Shown: piece after piece, positions 9,907-19,338 of the stretch
How positions within the stretch are numbered: position 1 is the first letter of the stretch
Layout: each line of letters starts with the position of its first letter
Source of the DNA: Planctomycetota bacterium
GTDB lineage: Bacteria; Planctomycetota; UBA1135; UBA2386
Direction of reading: 5' to 3'
Assembly (NCBI GenBank): GCA_046290465.1
Contig: JBKAGP010000001.1
Coordinates: forward strand, 1,184,001-1,248,000
Length of the DNA stretch: 64,000 nt
Translations under genes and position numbers: made by a program
The notes under the pieces: generated by a model
Told to the model about the DNA's origin: nothing
Seen by the model: only the letters and a program-made list of their open reading frames with translations
Databases searched by the model: none

Positions 9907-12900
9907 CTAAGGCATCTCGACCTCGCTCACCCGCAGCCCGAGGCCGCCGCCGACGCGTTCTTCGACCTGGCCGGTGAAGACGAACGGGCCGCGGCCCTGG
10001 AGGAGGCCGCCGACGCGCTGGTAGACCTTGGGGAACAGCGTCGACTCGACGATGCCGGTGCCGTCCTCGATGGTCACGAAGCACATGCCGCCGTTCTTGC
10101 TGTTGGCGACGCCGCGGCGGATCGCGTGGCCGCGGAAGGCGACCGCGAAGCCGCAGACCCGCACGGTGCGGCCGACATGCTCGCCGACTTTGCCGCACGG
10201 CACGCAGCGCGACAGCACCGGCAGCTCGCCGCGGCGCCACAGCACGTCGACCGGGTGGCTGCCGAGCGTGAAGCCGAGCAGCGTCAGCTCGTGGTCGGCG
10301 CGCTGCTTGTCGTCGTAGTCGGGCAGCTGCGGGTAGCTGGCCTCGCGCGGCGTGACGGCGTCGACGAACAGCGCGCCGCGCGAGGCGGCCGCCGAACGCT
10401 CGATCGCCTTCTGCGCGCGCGGCGTCATCGCGACCTGCAGCCGCCACAACAGCTCGGGCCGGCTGGTGCCCAGGCCGTCGAGCGCGCCCACCTGGATCAG
10501 GTTCTCCACCTCGTTGCGCATCGGCCGCACCCGCTGCAGGAAGTCGACCAGATCGCCGAACGGTCCCCCCGCGCGGCGCGCGGTCAGGATCCTGTCGACG
10601 GTGCGTTCGCCGAGGCCGTGCACGGTGCCGAGGCCGATGCGGATGACCTTCTCGCCGATCAGCTCGTGCTCGGCTGCGCCCTGCTGCACGCACGGCGCGC
10701 GCAGCTCGGCGCCGAGCCGCTTGGCCTCCTCGGCGTAGACGCCCGACGCGAAGTAGCCGGCGTCGTTGCGCAACATCGCGCACAGGAACGCGGCCGGCCA
10801 GCGCGCCTTCAGGAACACGCAGCGGTAGGCGAGCCGGCCGTAGGTCACCGAGTGTGCCTTGCAGAACGAGTAGGCCGCGAACCGCGCCATCTCGGCCCAG
10901 ATCTGCTCGATCGCCTGCCGCGGCAGGCCGCGCCGCAGCCCCGCGACGACGAACGCGTCGGCCTCGTCCTGCATCGCGTGGGTGCGGCCGCGCTTGCCGA
11001 GGTCGCGGCGCAGCACGTCACCGGCGGTCGCGTCGAGCCCGGCGACCGCCATCGCCGCGCGGATCACGTCCTCCTGGTAGAGCATGATGCCGAACGTGTC
11101 GGCGAACACCTCGAGCAGCAGCGGGTGCGCCGCGGTCGCCTCCTCCATGCCGCGCGCCCGCCGGATGAACGCCTCCTTCATGCCCGACGACGCCGGCCCC
11201 GGCCGCACCAGCGCGACCGCCTGGATGACGCGGTCCATGGTCGCCGCGCCGACCTGCTGCAGCAGCGTGCGCATCGCCGGCGACTCGACCTGGAAGCAGC
11301 CGAGCGTGCCGCCGTTCTGCAGCAGGTGCGCGGTGCGCTCGTCGTCCTCGGGGATCGCGTGCAGGTCCGGCACGCGCACGCCGTGGCCGCCCAGCATCGT
11401 CACGCAGTCGTGCACGATCGACAGCGCGCGGTTGCCGAGCAGGTCGATCTTGACCATGCCGAGCCCCTCGACGAAGTGCATGTCGTACTGCGTGACGACC
11501 ACGCCCTTGGCGGCGCGCTCGAGCGGCGCGTGGGTCGCGATCGGCTGCGGCGTGATCACCACGCCGCCGGGGTGCACGCCGAGGTGGCGCGGCGCCGCCA
11601 GCAGCTGCTGCGCCAGCCGCAGCAGCATGCGTTCGGCCGCGGCCGGCAGCGACGAACTGTCGTGCACGGAAGCCCGTTCGCCGCCCCGTCCGGGGGACCT
11701 GCCGGCGCGGAAGAAGCCGGGCGTCTCGGCGATCGTCTCGGCCAGGTCGATGCCGCCGCCGGCGTGCCACGGCAGCCGCTTGCTGCGCCGCGCCGCCTCC
11801 TGCGGCGGCAGCCCCATCACCTTGGCCGCCTCCTGGTAGGCCGAGCGCGGCCCGCAGGTGTTGTAGGTCGCGATCATCGCGACGTGGTCGCGACCGAAGT
11901 GCTCGTAGACCGCGTCGATCAGCTCGTCGCGGCGCCGCCAGCAGAAGTCGAGGTCGATGTCCGGCAGGTCGCTGCGGCCGGGATTGAGGAAGCGCTCGAA
12001 CAGCAGCCCGTAGCGGATCGGATCGGCGTCGGTCAGCCCGAGGCAGTGCGCCACCAGGCTGTCGGCCGCCGAGCCGCGACCGACGAACGGGATGTCGCGC
12101 GCACGCGCCAGGTCGACGATCTGGTGCACGGCCAGGAAGTACGGCGCGAACCCCATGCGCTCGATCACCTGCAGTTCGCGCTCGCAGCGCTGCTGCGCGT
12201 CGGCGAACGCATCGCGGCCGCCGTAGCGCTGCTTCATGCCGCGCAGCACCAGCTCGCGCAGGCAGCCCTCGGCGGTCTCTCCGCGCGCCAGCTCGATCGG
12301 CGGAAAGATCGGCGCGGCGCGTTCGGCGAACTCGAGCGAACAGCTCTGCAGCACCTGCTCGGCCATCGCCACCGCCTCGGGCGCGTCGTCGTGGCCGTCG
12401 CGCAGCTGCTGCGGCGTCGGCAGGTGCATGTCGGGCGCGGCGACCCCGATGCCGCGCAGGTCACGCATCGCATCGCCGCCGCCGGCGACCAGGCTGCGCA
12501 GCGAACGGTTCCACTTGACCGCCAGGAACAGCTGGTGCAGCACGTGGTCGTCCGGCGTCGGGAACCAGACGTCGCGCACGGCGCACAGCTGCAGTTCGAG
12601 GTCGCGCGCCAGGTCGCGCAGCATGCGGCGCGGCCACGCCACCCCGGGGTCTGGCAGCTTGCGCCCGGCGACCGCCGGGTTGCCGGCGCCGTGGTCCGGC
12701 CGCTCCGGCCCGCGCGGCGGCAGCGCCACCAGCAGCCGTTCGCGCGGCACGCGCACCGACAGCTCGGGCAACAGGCGCGGATCGCCGCAGACGAACCACA
12801 GGCCGTCGGCGAAGCGCTCGCACGCGCGCGGCAGGTCGAAGGCGCCGCCGGCCGCCCCCACCCCGCTCCCGACCCCGTGGTACCTGCTCAACAACGCGCA

Positions 12901-13155
12901 CAGCGACGCGTAGCCGCGCCGATCCTGCGCGATCAGCGACAACCGCCGGCCGCGGTGCACCAGCTCGGTCCCGAACACCGCCTCGAGCCCGACCCGCCGC
13001 GCCGCCTGCGCAAACGGATAGAGCCCGTAGAGCCCGTTGGTGTCGTGCAGGACCAGGTGCGACAGCCCGAGCCGCACCGCCTCCTCACACATCGCCTGCG
13101 GCGACGCCGGCGCCGTCAGCAGCGAGAAGTGGGTCCGGGACAGCAGCAGGGCCAT
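9907..13155 (-). CDS. dnaE2: DNA polymerase III alpha subunit, DnaE2-like (error-prone type)
   Basis: 1082 aa; degenerate PHP domain, GRGSAADSLV, LLFERFL, catalytic PDIDLDF, HPGGVVI, KIDLLG, FQVES, YSFCKAH, C-terminal OB fold (FVTIEDGTG). Confidence 0.88.
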   Translation of the reverse strand: MALLLSRTHFSLLTAPASPQAMCEEAVRLGLSHLVLHDTNGLYGLYPFAQAARRVGLEAVFGTELVHRGRRLSLIAQDRRGYASLCALLSRYHGVGSGVGAAGGAFDLPRACERFADGLWFVCGDPRLLPELSVRVPRERLLVALPPRGPERPDHGAGNPAVAGRKLPDPGVAWPRRMLRDLARDLELQLCAVRDVWFPTPDDHVLHQLFLAVKWNRSLRSLVAGGGDAMRDLRGIGVAAPDMHLPTPQQLRDGHDDAPEAVAMAEQVLQSCSLEFAERAAPIFPPIELARGETAEGCLRELVLRGMKQRYGGRDAFADAQQRCERELQVIERMGFAPYFLAVHQIVDLARARDIPFVGRGSAADSLVAHCLGLTDADPIRYGLLFERFLNPGRSDLPDIDLDFCWRRRDELIDAVYEHFGRDHVAMIATYNTCGPRSAYQEAAKVMGLPPQEAARRSKRLPWHAGGGIDLAETIAETPGFFRAGRSPGRGGERASVHDSSSLPAAAERMLLRLAQQLLAAPRHLGVHPGGVVITPQPIATHAPLERAAKGVVVTQYDMHFVEGLGMVKIDLLGNRALSIVHDCVTMLGGHGVRVPDLHAIPEDDERTAHLLQNGGTLGCFQVESPAMRTLLQQVGAATMDRVIQAVALVRPGPASSGMKEAFIRRARGMEEATAAHPLLLEVFADTFGIMLYQEDVIRAAMAVAGLDATAGDVLRRDLGKRGRTHAMQDEADAFVVAGLRRGLPRQAIEQIWAEMARFAAYSFCKAHSVTYGRLAYRCVFLKARWPAAFLCAMLRNDAGYFASGVYAEEAKRLGAELRAPCVQQGAAEHELIGEKVIRIGLGTVHGLGERTVDRILTARRAGGPFGDLVDFLQRVRPMRNEVENLIQVGALDGLGTSRPELLWRLQVAMTPRAQKAIERSAAASRGALFVDAVTPREASYPQLPDYDDKQRADHELTLLGFTLGSHPVDVLWRRGELPVLSRCVPCGKVGEHVGRTVRVCGFAVAFRGHAIRRGVANSKNGGMCFVTIEDGTGIVESTLFPKVYQRVGGLLQGRGPFVFTGQVEERVGGGLGLRVSEVEMP

Positions 13156-13161
13156 CCTCTC

Positions 13162-13184
13162 GGTATACCTAACAAACCACGAAC
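13162..13184 (-). promoter_or_regulatory. AT-rich candidate operator upstream of dnaE2 (GTTC-N7-GTTA plus GGTATACC palindrome)
   Basis: Lies directly upstream of the GAGAGG RBS; resembles the GTTC-N7-GTTC LexA box of Alphaproteobacteria with one mismatch. Confidence 0.25.
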
Positions 13185-13302
13185 ATCAAGCCCACGGAGC
13201 AGGCCGGAGACCGATCCAACGGGGCCCGGCGACGGCGCGCCTGGAGGTGAGGCAAACGCAGCAGGCAGGGCGCAGCATGCCCCGCCCATCGCACGCCCCA
13301 CG

Positions 13303-13908
13303 CTAGTCGTCGTAGTCGTCGAAGCGGCTGCCGCCGCGCCGGCCGCGGTCGTCGCCGCCGTCCTCGTGGCGCCGGCGCCCGTGGCCGCCGCGCCCCTTGC
13401 GGCCGCGGTCGCGCTCGCGACTCGGCCGCGCATCGGGCCCGAAACGCCGCTCCCGGTTCTCGCGGGCGCGCTCGGCCGGATCGCGGTTGTCGTCGTCGCC
13501 GCCACCACCGCCGCCGAACGACTGGTCGCGGTCGGGCCGGTCCAGACCGTCGCCGCCGCGGTGGTCATGGCCGCGGTTGCCGTAGCCGCCGCGACCGCCG
13601 CCGGGGCCACCGCGCGGGCCGCCCGACCCTCCGCCTCCCGGTCCGCCACCCCCTGGCCGACGATCTTCGGCCTCCGAGACGCGCAGCGTGCGCGTTCCGA
13701 AGGCGGCGCCGTTCATCGTGGCGATCGCCTGCCGTGCTTCTTCGTCGTTCCCCATCTCGACGAATGCGAAGCCGCGAGGGCGCTGCGTTTCGCGGTCGAG
13801 GGGGATGTGCACGCGTTCGACGGATCCACCGCTCTCGGTGAAGGCAGCGCGGATGGCGTCTTCGTCGGCGTCGTACGGGAGGTTTCCGACGTACAGTCTC
13901 TTGCCCAT
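13303..13908 (-). CDS. RRM RNA-binding protein with Gly/Arg/Asp-rich disordered tail
   Basis: MGKRLYVGNL (RNP2), RPRGFAFVEM (RNP1); ATG at 13908; ~120-aa low-complexity C-terminus. Confidence 0.93.
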   Translation of the reverse strand: MGKRLYVGNLPYDADEDAIRAAFTESGGSVERVHIPLDRETQRPRGFAFVEMGNDEEARQAIATMNGAAFGTRTLRVSEAEDRRPGGGGPGGGGSGGPRGGPGGGRGGYGNRGHDHRGGDGLDRPDRDQSFGGGGGGDDDNRDPAERARENRERRFGPDARPSRERDRGRKGRGGHGRRRHEDGGDDRGRRGGSRFDDYDD

Positions 13909-14067
13909 GCGGGGGAGTGGCAGTCTCGAGTGGCAACGTGGCCGGGATCGACTCCGACCACGCGCCGTATGATACGCGCCGAATCCAGCCCGAAAAGCGC
14001 CTCCGGCCCAGTTTCCGCCGCGAAGCCCCGCTGGCACGCCGGCCACCGACCCCCTATCCCTGCAGCC

Positions 14068-14826
14068 ATGACCGTCCGCAAGCTCCTGCTCACCGTCACC
14101 CTGCCGCTGGTCGCGTTTGCGTGCAGCGGCCCCGAGAACGAGACCAAACCGTCGCAGGCGCCGATCGTGCAGGCGCCCGAAGCGCCCCCCGAGGAGCCCG
14201 TTGCAACCACGCCCGACGAGACCATGCCCGACGACAACGAAGCCCCGCAGTCCCCGGCCGCGAAGACCGACGAGCCCGCCGCCAACGCAGGGCAAAAGGA
14301 GGTCGCGACCTTCGGTGGCGGCTGCTTCTGGTGCACCGAGGCGGTGCTCGAGCAGCTCGACGGCGTGCTCGACGTGATGTCGGGCTACATGGGCGGCGAG
14401 GTCGACGACCCGACCTACAAGCAGGTCTGCGAAGGCACGACCGGCCACGCCGAGGTCGTGCAGGTGACGTTCGACCCCGCGGTGATCAGCTACGAGAAGC
14501 TGCTCGAGTGGTTCTTCCGCTCGCACGACCCGACGACGCTCAACCGCCAGGGCTACGACGTCGGCACGCAGTACCGTTCGGCGATCTTCTTCCACAGCGA
14601 AGCGCAGCAGCGCACCGCCAACCAGCTGATCCAGCAGATCGCCGGCAACTGGGAGGATCCGATCGTGACCGAGGTGAGCAAGGCGGTGACGTTCTGGCCG
14701 GCCGAGGGCTACCACCAGGACTACTACCGGGGGAACACGGGGCAGCGGTACTGCCGGGCGGTGATCCTGCCGAAGCTGGAGAAGCTGGGGTTGGACGTGA
14801 ACGGGAAGGAAGCGGCGAAGAAGTAG
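14068..14826 (+). CDS. msrA: Peptide-methionine (S)-S-oxide reductase MsrA, lipoprotein
   Basis: GGGCFWCTEA, GTTGHAEVV, HDPTTLNRQG, AEGYHQDYY; N-terminal lipobox LVAFAC and Pro/acidic linker. Confidence 0.95.
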   Translation: MTVRKLLLTVTLPLVAFACSGPENETKPSQAPIVQAPEAPPEEPVATTPDETMPDDNEAPQSPAAKTDEPAANAGQKEVATFGGGCFWCTEAVLEQLDGVLDVMSGYMGGEVDDPTYKQVCEGTTGHAEVVQVTFDPAVISYEKLLEWFFRSHDPTTLNRQGYDVGTQYRSAIFFHSEAQQRTANQLIQQIAGNWEDPIVTEVSKAVTFWPAEGYHQDYYRGNTGQRYCRAVILPKLEKLGLDVNGKEAAKK

Positions 14827-15005
14827 GCGGCGTCGACGGCGTGATCAGGCGCGCAAACGACGCCGACCACCCCGACACGAAATCCCGGACATTCCATGTC
14901 GCCCCCTCCCGCCGGATCTCGTTCCCGCGGGTGATGGCACCCCAACTCCAGGCCTGCCGGTCGGCGATTGCGCACAAGAGCCGACCCTCTATGCTCCGAA
15001 CCGTC

Positions 15006-15602
15006 ATGAAGGACGAGGACGGAGTCGGCAACGACACCGCGGCGATCGATGTCGCCCTGAAGCGACTGCAGGCAGGCGACAAGACCGCCTGGCAGGAGCT
15101 GATGCCGCTCGTCTACGGCGAACTGCACTCGATCGCGCGCCGCGAGATGTCGAAGCAGGCCGCCACCCATACGCTGCAGGCGACCGCGCTCGTCAACGAG
15201 GCGTTCGTCAAGCTCTGCCGCGGCAGCAGCATGCCGTCGTCGCAGCACAACGAGTTCCTCGGCCTTGCGGCGACCGCGATGCGCAGCATCCTGACCGACC
15301 ACGCACGCGCCAAGAACTGCGCCAAGCGCAGTGCGCCAGGCGGGCACGTGGTGCTCAGCGATGCACTGGAGCTCGTGATCGACGAGCAGTGGAGCCGTTC
15401 GCCGATGACCGTACTCGAACTCAACGACCTGCTCGACAAGCTCGCCGAGATGGACCCGCAGGGCGCCAAGATGGTCGAGCTGCGGTACTTCGCGGGCCGC
15501 ACCGTCGAGGAAGCCGCCGCCGCCGTCGGCATCAGCGTCCGCACGTCGCAACGACACTGGCGAGCGGTCGCCGCCTGGATGAAGCGCGAACTCGAGAAGT
15601 GA
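15006..15602 (+). CDS. ECF sigma factor (TIGR02999-like, kinase-associated)
   Basis: LVYGELHSIA, HTLQATALVNEAF, MRSILTDHAR, VELRYFAG; stop overlaps the kinase start. Confidence 0.92.
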   Translation: MKDEDGVGNDTAAIDVALKRLQAGDKTAWQELMPLVYGELHSIARREMSKQAATHTLQATALVNEAFVKLCRGSSMPSSQHNEFLGLAATAMRSILTDHARAKNCAKRSAPGGHVVLSDALELVIDEQWSRSPMTVLELNDLLDKLAEMDPQGAKMVELRYFAGRTVEEAAAAVGISVRTSQRHWRAVAAWMKRELEK

Positions 15603-18124
15603 CTCCCGATAGCTGGAAGCGCGTGCTGGCCATCCATGCGGATGCGCTCGATCTGCCGGAGGCAGACCGGGAGGCGTTCGTGCGCAACGCGGCCAAAGGC
15701 GACGACGAGATCTTCGCCGAGGTGATGTCGCTGCTCGCGGTCGATCTCGGCGAGCACGACATGGAACCGCCCGGGGCGTCGGCGACCGCCGAGGCCGCGC
15801 CCGACGGCACACCCGGCGAACGGCGCCTCGGCCCCTACCTGCTCGGCGGTACGCTGGGACACGGCGCGACCGGCACGGTCTTCCGCGCGCTCGACACGCA
15901 GCTGCAGCGGGACGTCGCGGTCAAGGTGCTGGAGACCGGCCTGACGACGACACCGAGCCAGGTCGCGCGGTTCCGTTCGGAGCCGCGCAGGATCGCGAGG
16001 CTGCGACACAAGAACATCGTCAAGATCCACGCCAGCGGCCACGAAGGCACGACCAGCTGGTTTGCGATGGAGCTGATCGACGGGCACGACTTGTCGAAGG
16101 AGCTCGACCTGCAGCGCAACCGTTCGCACGCGGCGCTCCTGCCGGCGCCAGGTGAGTCGGGGCACGTGCGCAGAGCCGCGCAGCTGTGCGCCGAGGTAGC
16201 CGACGCGCTGCAGGCCGCCCACGATGCCGGGATCGTGCACCGCGACGTCAAGCCGCAGAACCTGCTGCTCGACGCAGGAGGAGAGGTTCACCTCGTCGAC
16301 TTCGGCCTGGCACGGGACGAACGCTACGGCGGAGCATCGCTGACGCAGAGCGGCGCGGTGCTCGGCACCGTGCACTACATGAGCCCGGAGCAGACCCAGG
16401 CAGCGCGGGCCAAGGTCGACGCGCGCACCGATGTGTATTCGCTCGGGGTCGTGCTCTACGAGATGCTGACCTTGACCAAGCCGTTCGATGGCGGGTCCAT
16501 GGAAGAGGTCTGGCAGTGCATCCGCACGGCAGAACCGAAGGCCGTGCGCAAGCTGCGGGCATCGGTGCCGAGGGACCTGGAACTGATCGTCAACCAGGCG
16601 ATGGCGCGTGATCCGCAGGATCGCTACGCGACGGCAAAGGCGTTGGCGGAGGACCTGCGACGGTTTCTGGCGTTCGAGAGCATCGAGGCGAAGGCCCCGA
16701 CGATCGGGCAGCGTGTGCGGCGGTTCGTGGTTCGGAACCGTCGCTTGTTGGCGGCCGCGCTGGGTGCGGTCTTGTTTGCAACGATTGGGTGGTCGTGGTC
16801 GTCTCTGCAGGCGCGCGAGGCGCGCCTCGGCGGCGTTGCGAACGAGACGCAGGGGCTGCTCGAGGCCCTCGCCGACGCATCCGACGCCGAGCTGCTGCGG
16901 CTGCAGCAGCACGTGAAGACGCTCAGGAACTCGAGCGAGCAACCCCACTTGCTGCTCGCCAAGAGCGCGGCGACCCAGCTCGCGACGCTCGAGGCCAGGT
17001 GGACTAGGACGGCCGACGAATGGACTCGGGCGGGGCGCGAAGCGGGAGACGACTCCCTCCTCTCGCAAGCCAAGATCCTGCGCTATCGCCTCGCGCTGAT
17101 CTTCGAGGGCAATCCGGAACACCTCGCCGCGCTGTCGGAGAACGACTTCGCACCGAGGCTCACGGTGGACCTGCGCGATCGTGAGGACGGCCCCCTACGA
17201 GGCGCCGTCAGCCTCCGCGAGATCGACCCGGTCACGGGACAACCGACATCGAGCATCCCGATCGGCGACCTGCCGATTCGAAACCACGAGGCGCCGATAG
17301 GCCTGTACCGCATCTCCGTACAAACCGGCCCCTACGGTCTGCGCGAGTTCACCAGACGCCTGCGGCGGGGCGAGAGCACCGTCATCAACTATCGACTGTC
17401 CCGGACCCCCGAAGAAGTCGCCGACCAACTCGTGCCGATTGCGAGGGGAACGCTCGAGCTCCGTGACGCCAACGCAGGACTGTCCGGCATCAACAACCGG
17501 AGCGTGGATGTGGAGGCCTTCGAGATCCTGCGGACCGAAGTGTCGAATGCGATGTATCGCGAGTTCCTCGAGCTACACCCCAAACACAAGAAGCCCTATC
17601 ACTGGGATCAGGTCCCGGCGGGCTCGGCACGCGACCAGCTCCCGGTTGTGTTCGTCAGCTGGTACGACGCTCGGGACTACGCCGAGTGGTCGGGCCTTCG
17701 TCTGCTGACCCACGCAGAATGGATGCTCGCGGCCCGCACGACCAAAGGCCATCGCTTCCCATGGGGCGACAAAGAACCGTGGCGAGGCAACGTGAACGTC
17801 GAGTTCTCGTTCGCCCCCAGCCCAGCCAAACAGGCCGAGCTCTACTTCCGCCATGCGAGGCCGGTGACAAGCGATCCAGACGCGAACACGCGCAACGGAC
17901 TGTTCCACATGCTCGGCAACGTGTGGGAGTGGAGCGAGAGCGCGCAGCCCGCGATCCGTTCGGGCACCCTGGTACCGGCTCTGCACGACCGCGTCATCCT
18001 GGGTGGCGGCTGGCATTCCCAGCGCGAACCGCGCGACCTGCGCACGGCGCTGATGAAGGCGCTGCCCGACCAGAGCAGCGCCATCTACAACCGCGGCTTC
18101 CGATGCGGAAGAAGCACCCCGTAA
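15599..18124 (+). CDS. Ser/Thr protein kinase with TM helix and C-terminal FGE-sulfatase (SUMF1)-like domain
   Basis: GTG at 15599; LGHGATGTV, VAVKVL, HRDVKPQN, DFGLA, GTVHYMSPEQ, DVYSLG; TEVSNAMY, PVVFVSWYDA, NGLFHMLGNVWEW, GFRC. Confidence 0.92.
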   Translation: MTPDSWKRVLAIHADALDLPEADREAFVRNAAKGDDEIFAEVMSLLAVDLGEHDMEPPGASATAEAAPDGTPGERRLGPYLLGGTLGHGATGTVFRALDTQLQRDVAVKVLETGLTTTPSQVARFRSEPRRIARLRHKNIVKIHASGHEGTTSWFAMELIDGHDLSKELDLQRNRSHAALLPAPGESGHVRRAAQLCAEVADALQAAHDAGIVHRDVKPQNLLLDAGGEVHLVDFGLARDERYGGASLTQSGAVLGTVHYMSPEQTQAARAKVDARTDVYSLGVVLYEMLTLTKPFDGGSMEEVWQCIRTAEPKAVRKLRASVPRDLELIVNQAMARDPQDRYATAKALAEDLRRFLAFESIEAKAPTIGQRVRRFVVRNRRLLAAALGAVLFATIGWSWSSLQAREARLGGVANETQGLLEALADASDAELLRLQQHVKTLRNSSEQPHLLLAKSAATQLATLEARWTRTADEWTRAGREAGDDSLLSQAKILRYRLALIFEGNPEHLAALSENDFAPRLTVDLRDREDGPLRGAVSLREIDPVTGQPTSSIPIGDLPIRNHEAPIGLYRISVQTGPYGLREFTRRLRRGESTVINYRLSRTPEEVADQLVPIARGTLELRDANAGLSGINNRSVDVEAFEILRTEVSNAMYREFLELHPKHKKPYHWDQVPAGSARDQLPVVFVSWYDARDYAEWSGLRLLTHAEWMLAARTTKGHRFPWGDKEPWRGNVNVEFSFAPSPAKQAELYFRHARPVTSDPDANTRNGLFHMLGNVWEWSESAQPAIRSGTLVPALHDRVILGGGWHSQREPRDLRTALMKALPDQSSAIYNRGFRCGRSTP

Positions 18125-18138
18125 TCCTCTCTCGCCTC

Positions 18139-19323
18139 ATGACAACTACCGACCCCCGCTGCCTCAAGGCCGCGTGCGACCGCGCCAACGCCTACTGGCT
18201 CGACCGCCGCCGCCCCCCCAACACCTACGGCGTTCGCATCGAGTTCGCCGCAACGGCCACGCGGATCATCTGGATCAAGCTGGCGACCGCTCCGTTCGAG
18301 CTAGGCAAGGAGAGCTCCTCAATCGGTAAGATCCATGAAGTCGCCCCCACGGAAGAGGGCTCCTATACGCGACTCGAGTTCGTCACGTGGGAGCAGGGTT
18401 CCGTCGGAGAGTCGGAGGACCCCACCGCGTTGACGATCGAATGGGACGGCGAACCACCGCACATCGTAAGCTTCGAGTGGATCGTCGACCCGCCCGATGG
18501 TGAGCCGATGCTGCCCACGCCCGTGACCGGCAAGCAGGTCTATGCGTGGCGACGACAGGTCATCGAGACCGTCAGCCGCAGCTGCGCCTCGAACTACCAC
18601 CCCGCCCAAACCGGGTTGAGGAAGCGGATGCTCTTCTTCCTCGAGTTCGACATGCGCACGCAGCCGGCTCTGCTCGACGACGACGCCGACAAGGAGGCGA
18701 TCACAGCGTTCAGAGATCGCCTCACGGGCCGAATGCGACACCGCCTGCGGCATGCGAGCAAGGGGCAGGACTTCGACACATACGGTTCGCGCGACCATGC
18801 CTGCTGGCCGCACGCGAAGCGGGTCAGCCGCATCATCTACGATCACTGGAAGGAGACCTTCCCAGACGATGGGCGCCTCCTAGCCCTGGACGACTGCTTC
18901 GAGTCCTTCGTATGCGGAGACCTCAGCATTGGGAAACACCCGTCCCGGCACAACATCCTCGACACCCACGGGGCACCCAACTCCTTCTTCTACCTGCACC
19001 TTGCTGAAGCCGCCCTCTTCCTGGCCCACTTCGAGTCCGAGCAAGAGGACGGAAGCAGCGAGCGAGCCGACTTCTGGACGAAGGCGTTGTCGACCTTCGT
19101 TCGTACGGCCGAAGTCTATGTGCAGCTGTACTGGAACGGAGGATGCCGGCGCACCAATGCGTATGGCTACCGCTGGCTCGGCAAGTCGGCCTTTACCCCC
19201 GATCAGCGGCGACGCCTACGTGAAGCGTACGGCCCCCGGACGGATCTTCAGCAACTGCGCCAGCACTTCAACACCATCCTGCTGACAGCACGCCGCGACG
19301 ACGTGCGCATCCTCTTCCCCTAA
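18139..19323 (+). CDS. Hypothetical protein (394 aa, atypical composition)
   Basis: Long ORF starting 14 bp after the kinase stop; lower GC than flanks; no recognisable motif. Confidence 0.6.
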   Translation: MTTTDPRCLKAACDRANAYWLDRRRPPNTYGVRIEFAATATRIIWIKLATAPFELGKESSSIGKIHEVAPTEEGSYTRLEFVTWEQGSVGESEDPTALTIEWDGEPPHIVSFEWIVDPPDGEPMLPTPVTGKQVYAWRRQVIETVSRSCASNYHPAQTGLRKRMLFFLEFDMRTQPALLDDDADKEAITAFRDRLTGRMRHRLRHASKGQDFDTYGSRDHACWPHAKRVSRIIYDHWKETFPDDGRLLALDDCFESFVCGDLSIGKHPSRHNILDTHGAPNSFFYLHLAEAALFLAHFESEQEDGSSERADFWTKALSTFVRTAEVYVQLYWNGGCRRTNAYGYRWLGKSAFTPDQRRRLREAYGPRTDLQQLRQHFNTILLTARRDDVRILFP

Positions 19324-19338
19324 CCCCAACCCAAGAAC

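Noticed and set aside
10126..14067. Very long alternative ORFs (e.g. 1566 aa at 10126, 1095 aa at 51696, 1012 aa at 35321, 753 aa at 24477)
   Set aside because: Antisense or shifted-frame shadows of real genes, expected in high-GC DNA; only the 3' end of the 1566-aa ORF (msrA) is a real gene
14999..15010. AACCGTCATGAA shared at two start codons (also 39614-39625), and CCCCAACTC in three intergenic regions
   Set aside because: Short matches in inconsistent contexts; not distinguishable from chance without genome-wide statistics
17400..18124. Kinase FGE domain as the maturase for the double sulfatase
   Set aside because: Lacks the catalytic Cys pair of true formylglycine-generating enzymes and is fused to a kinase
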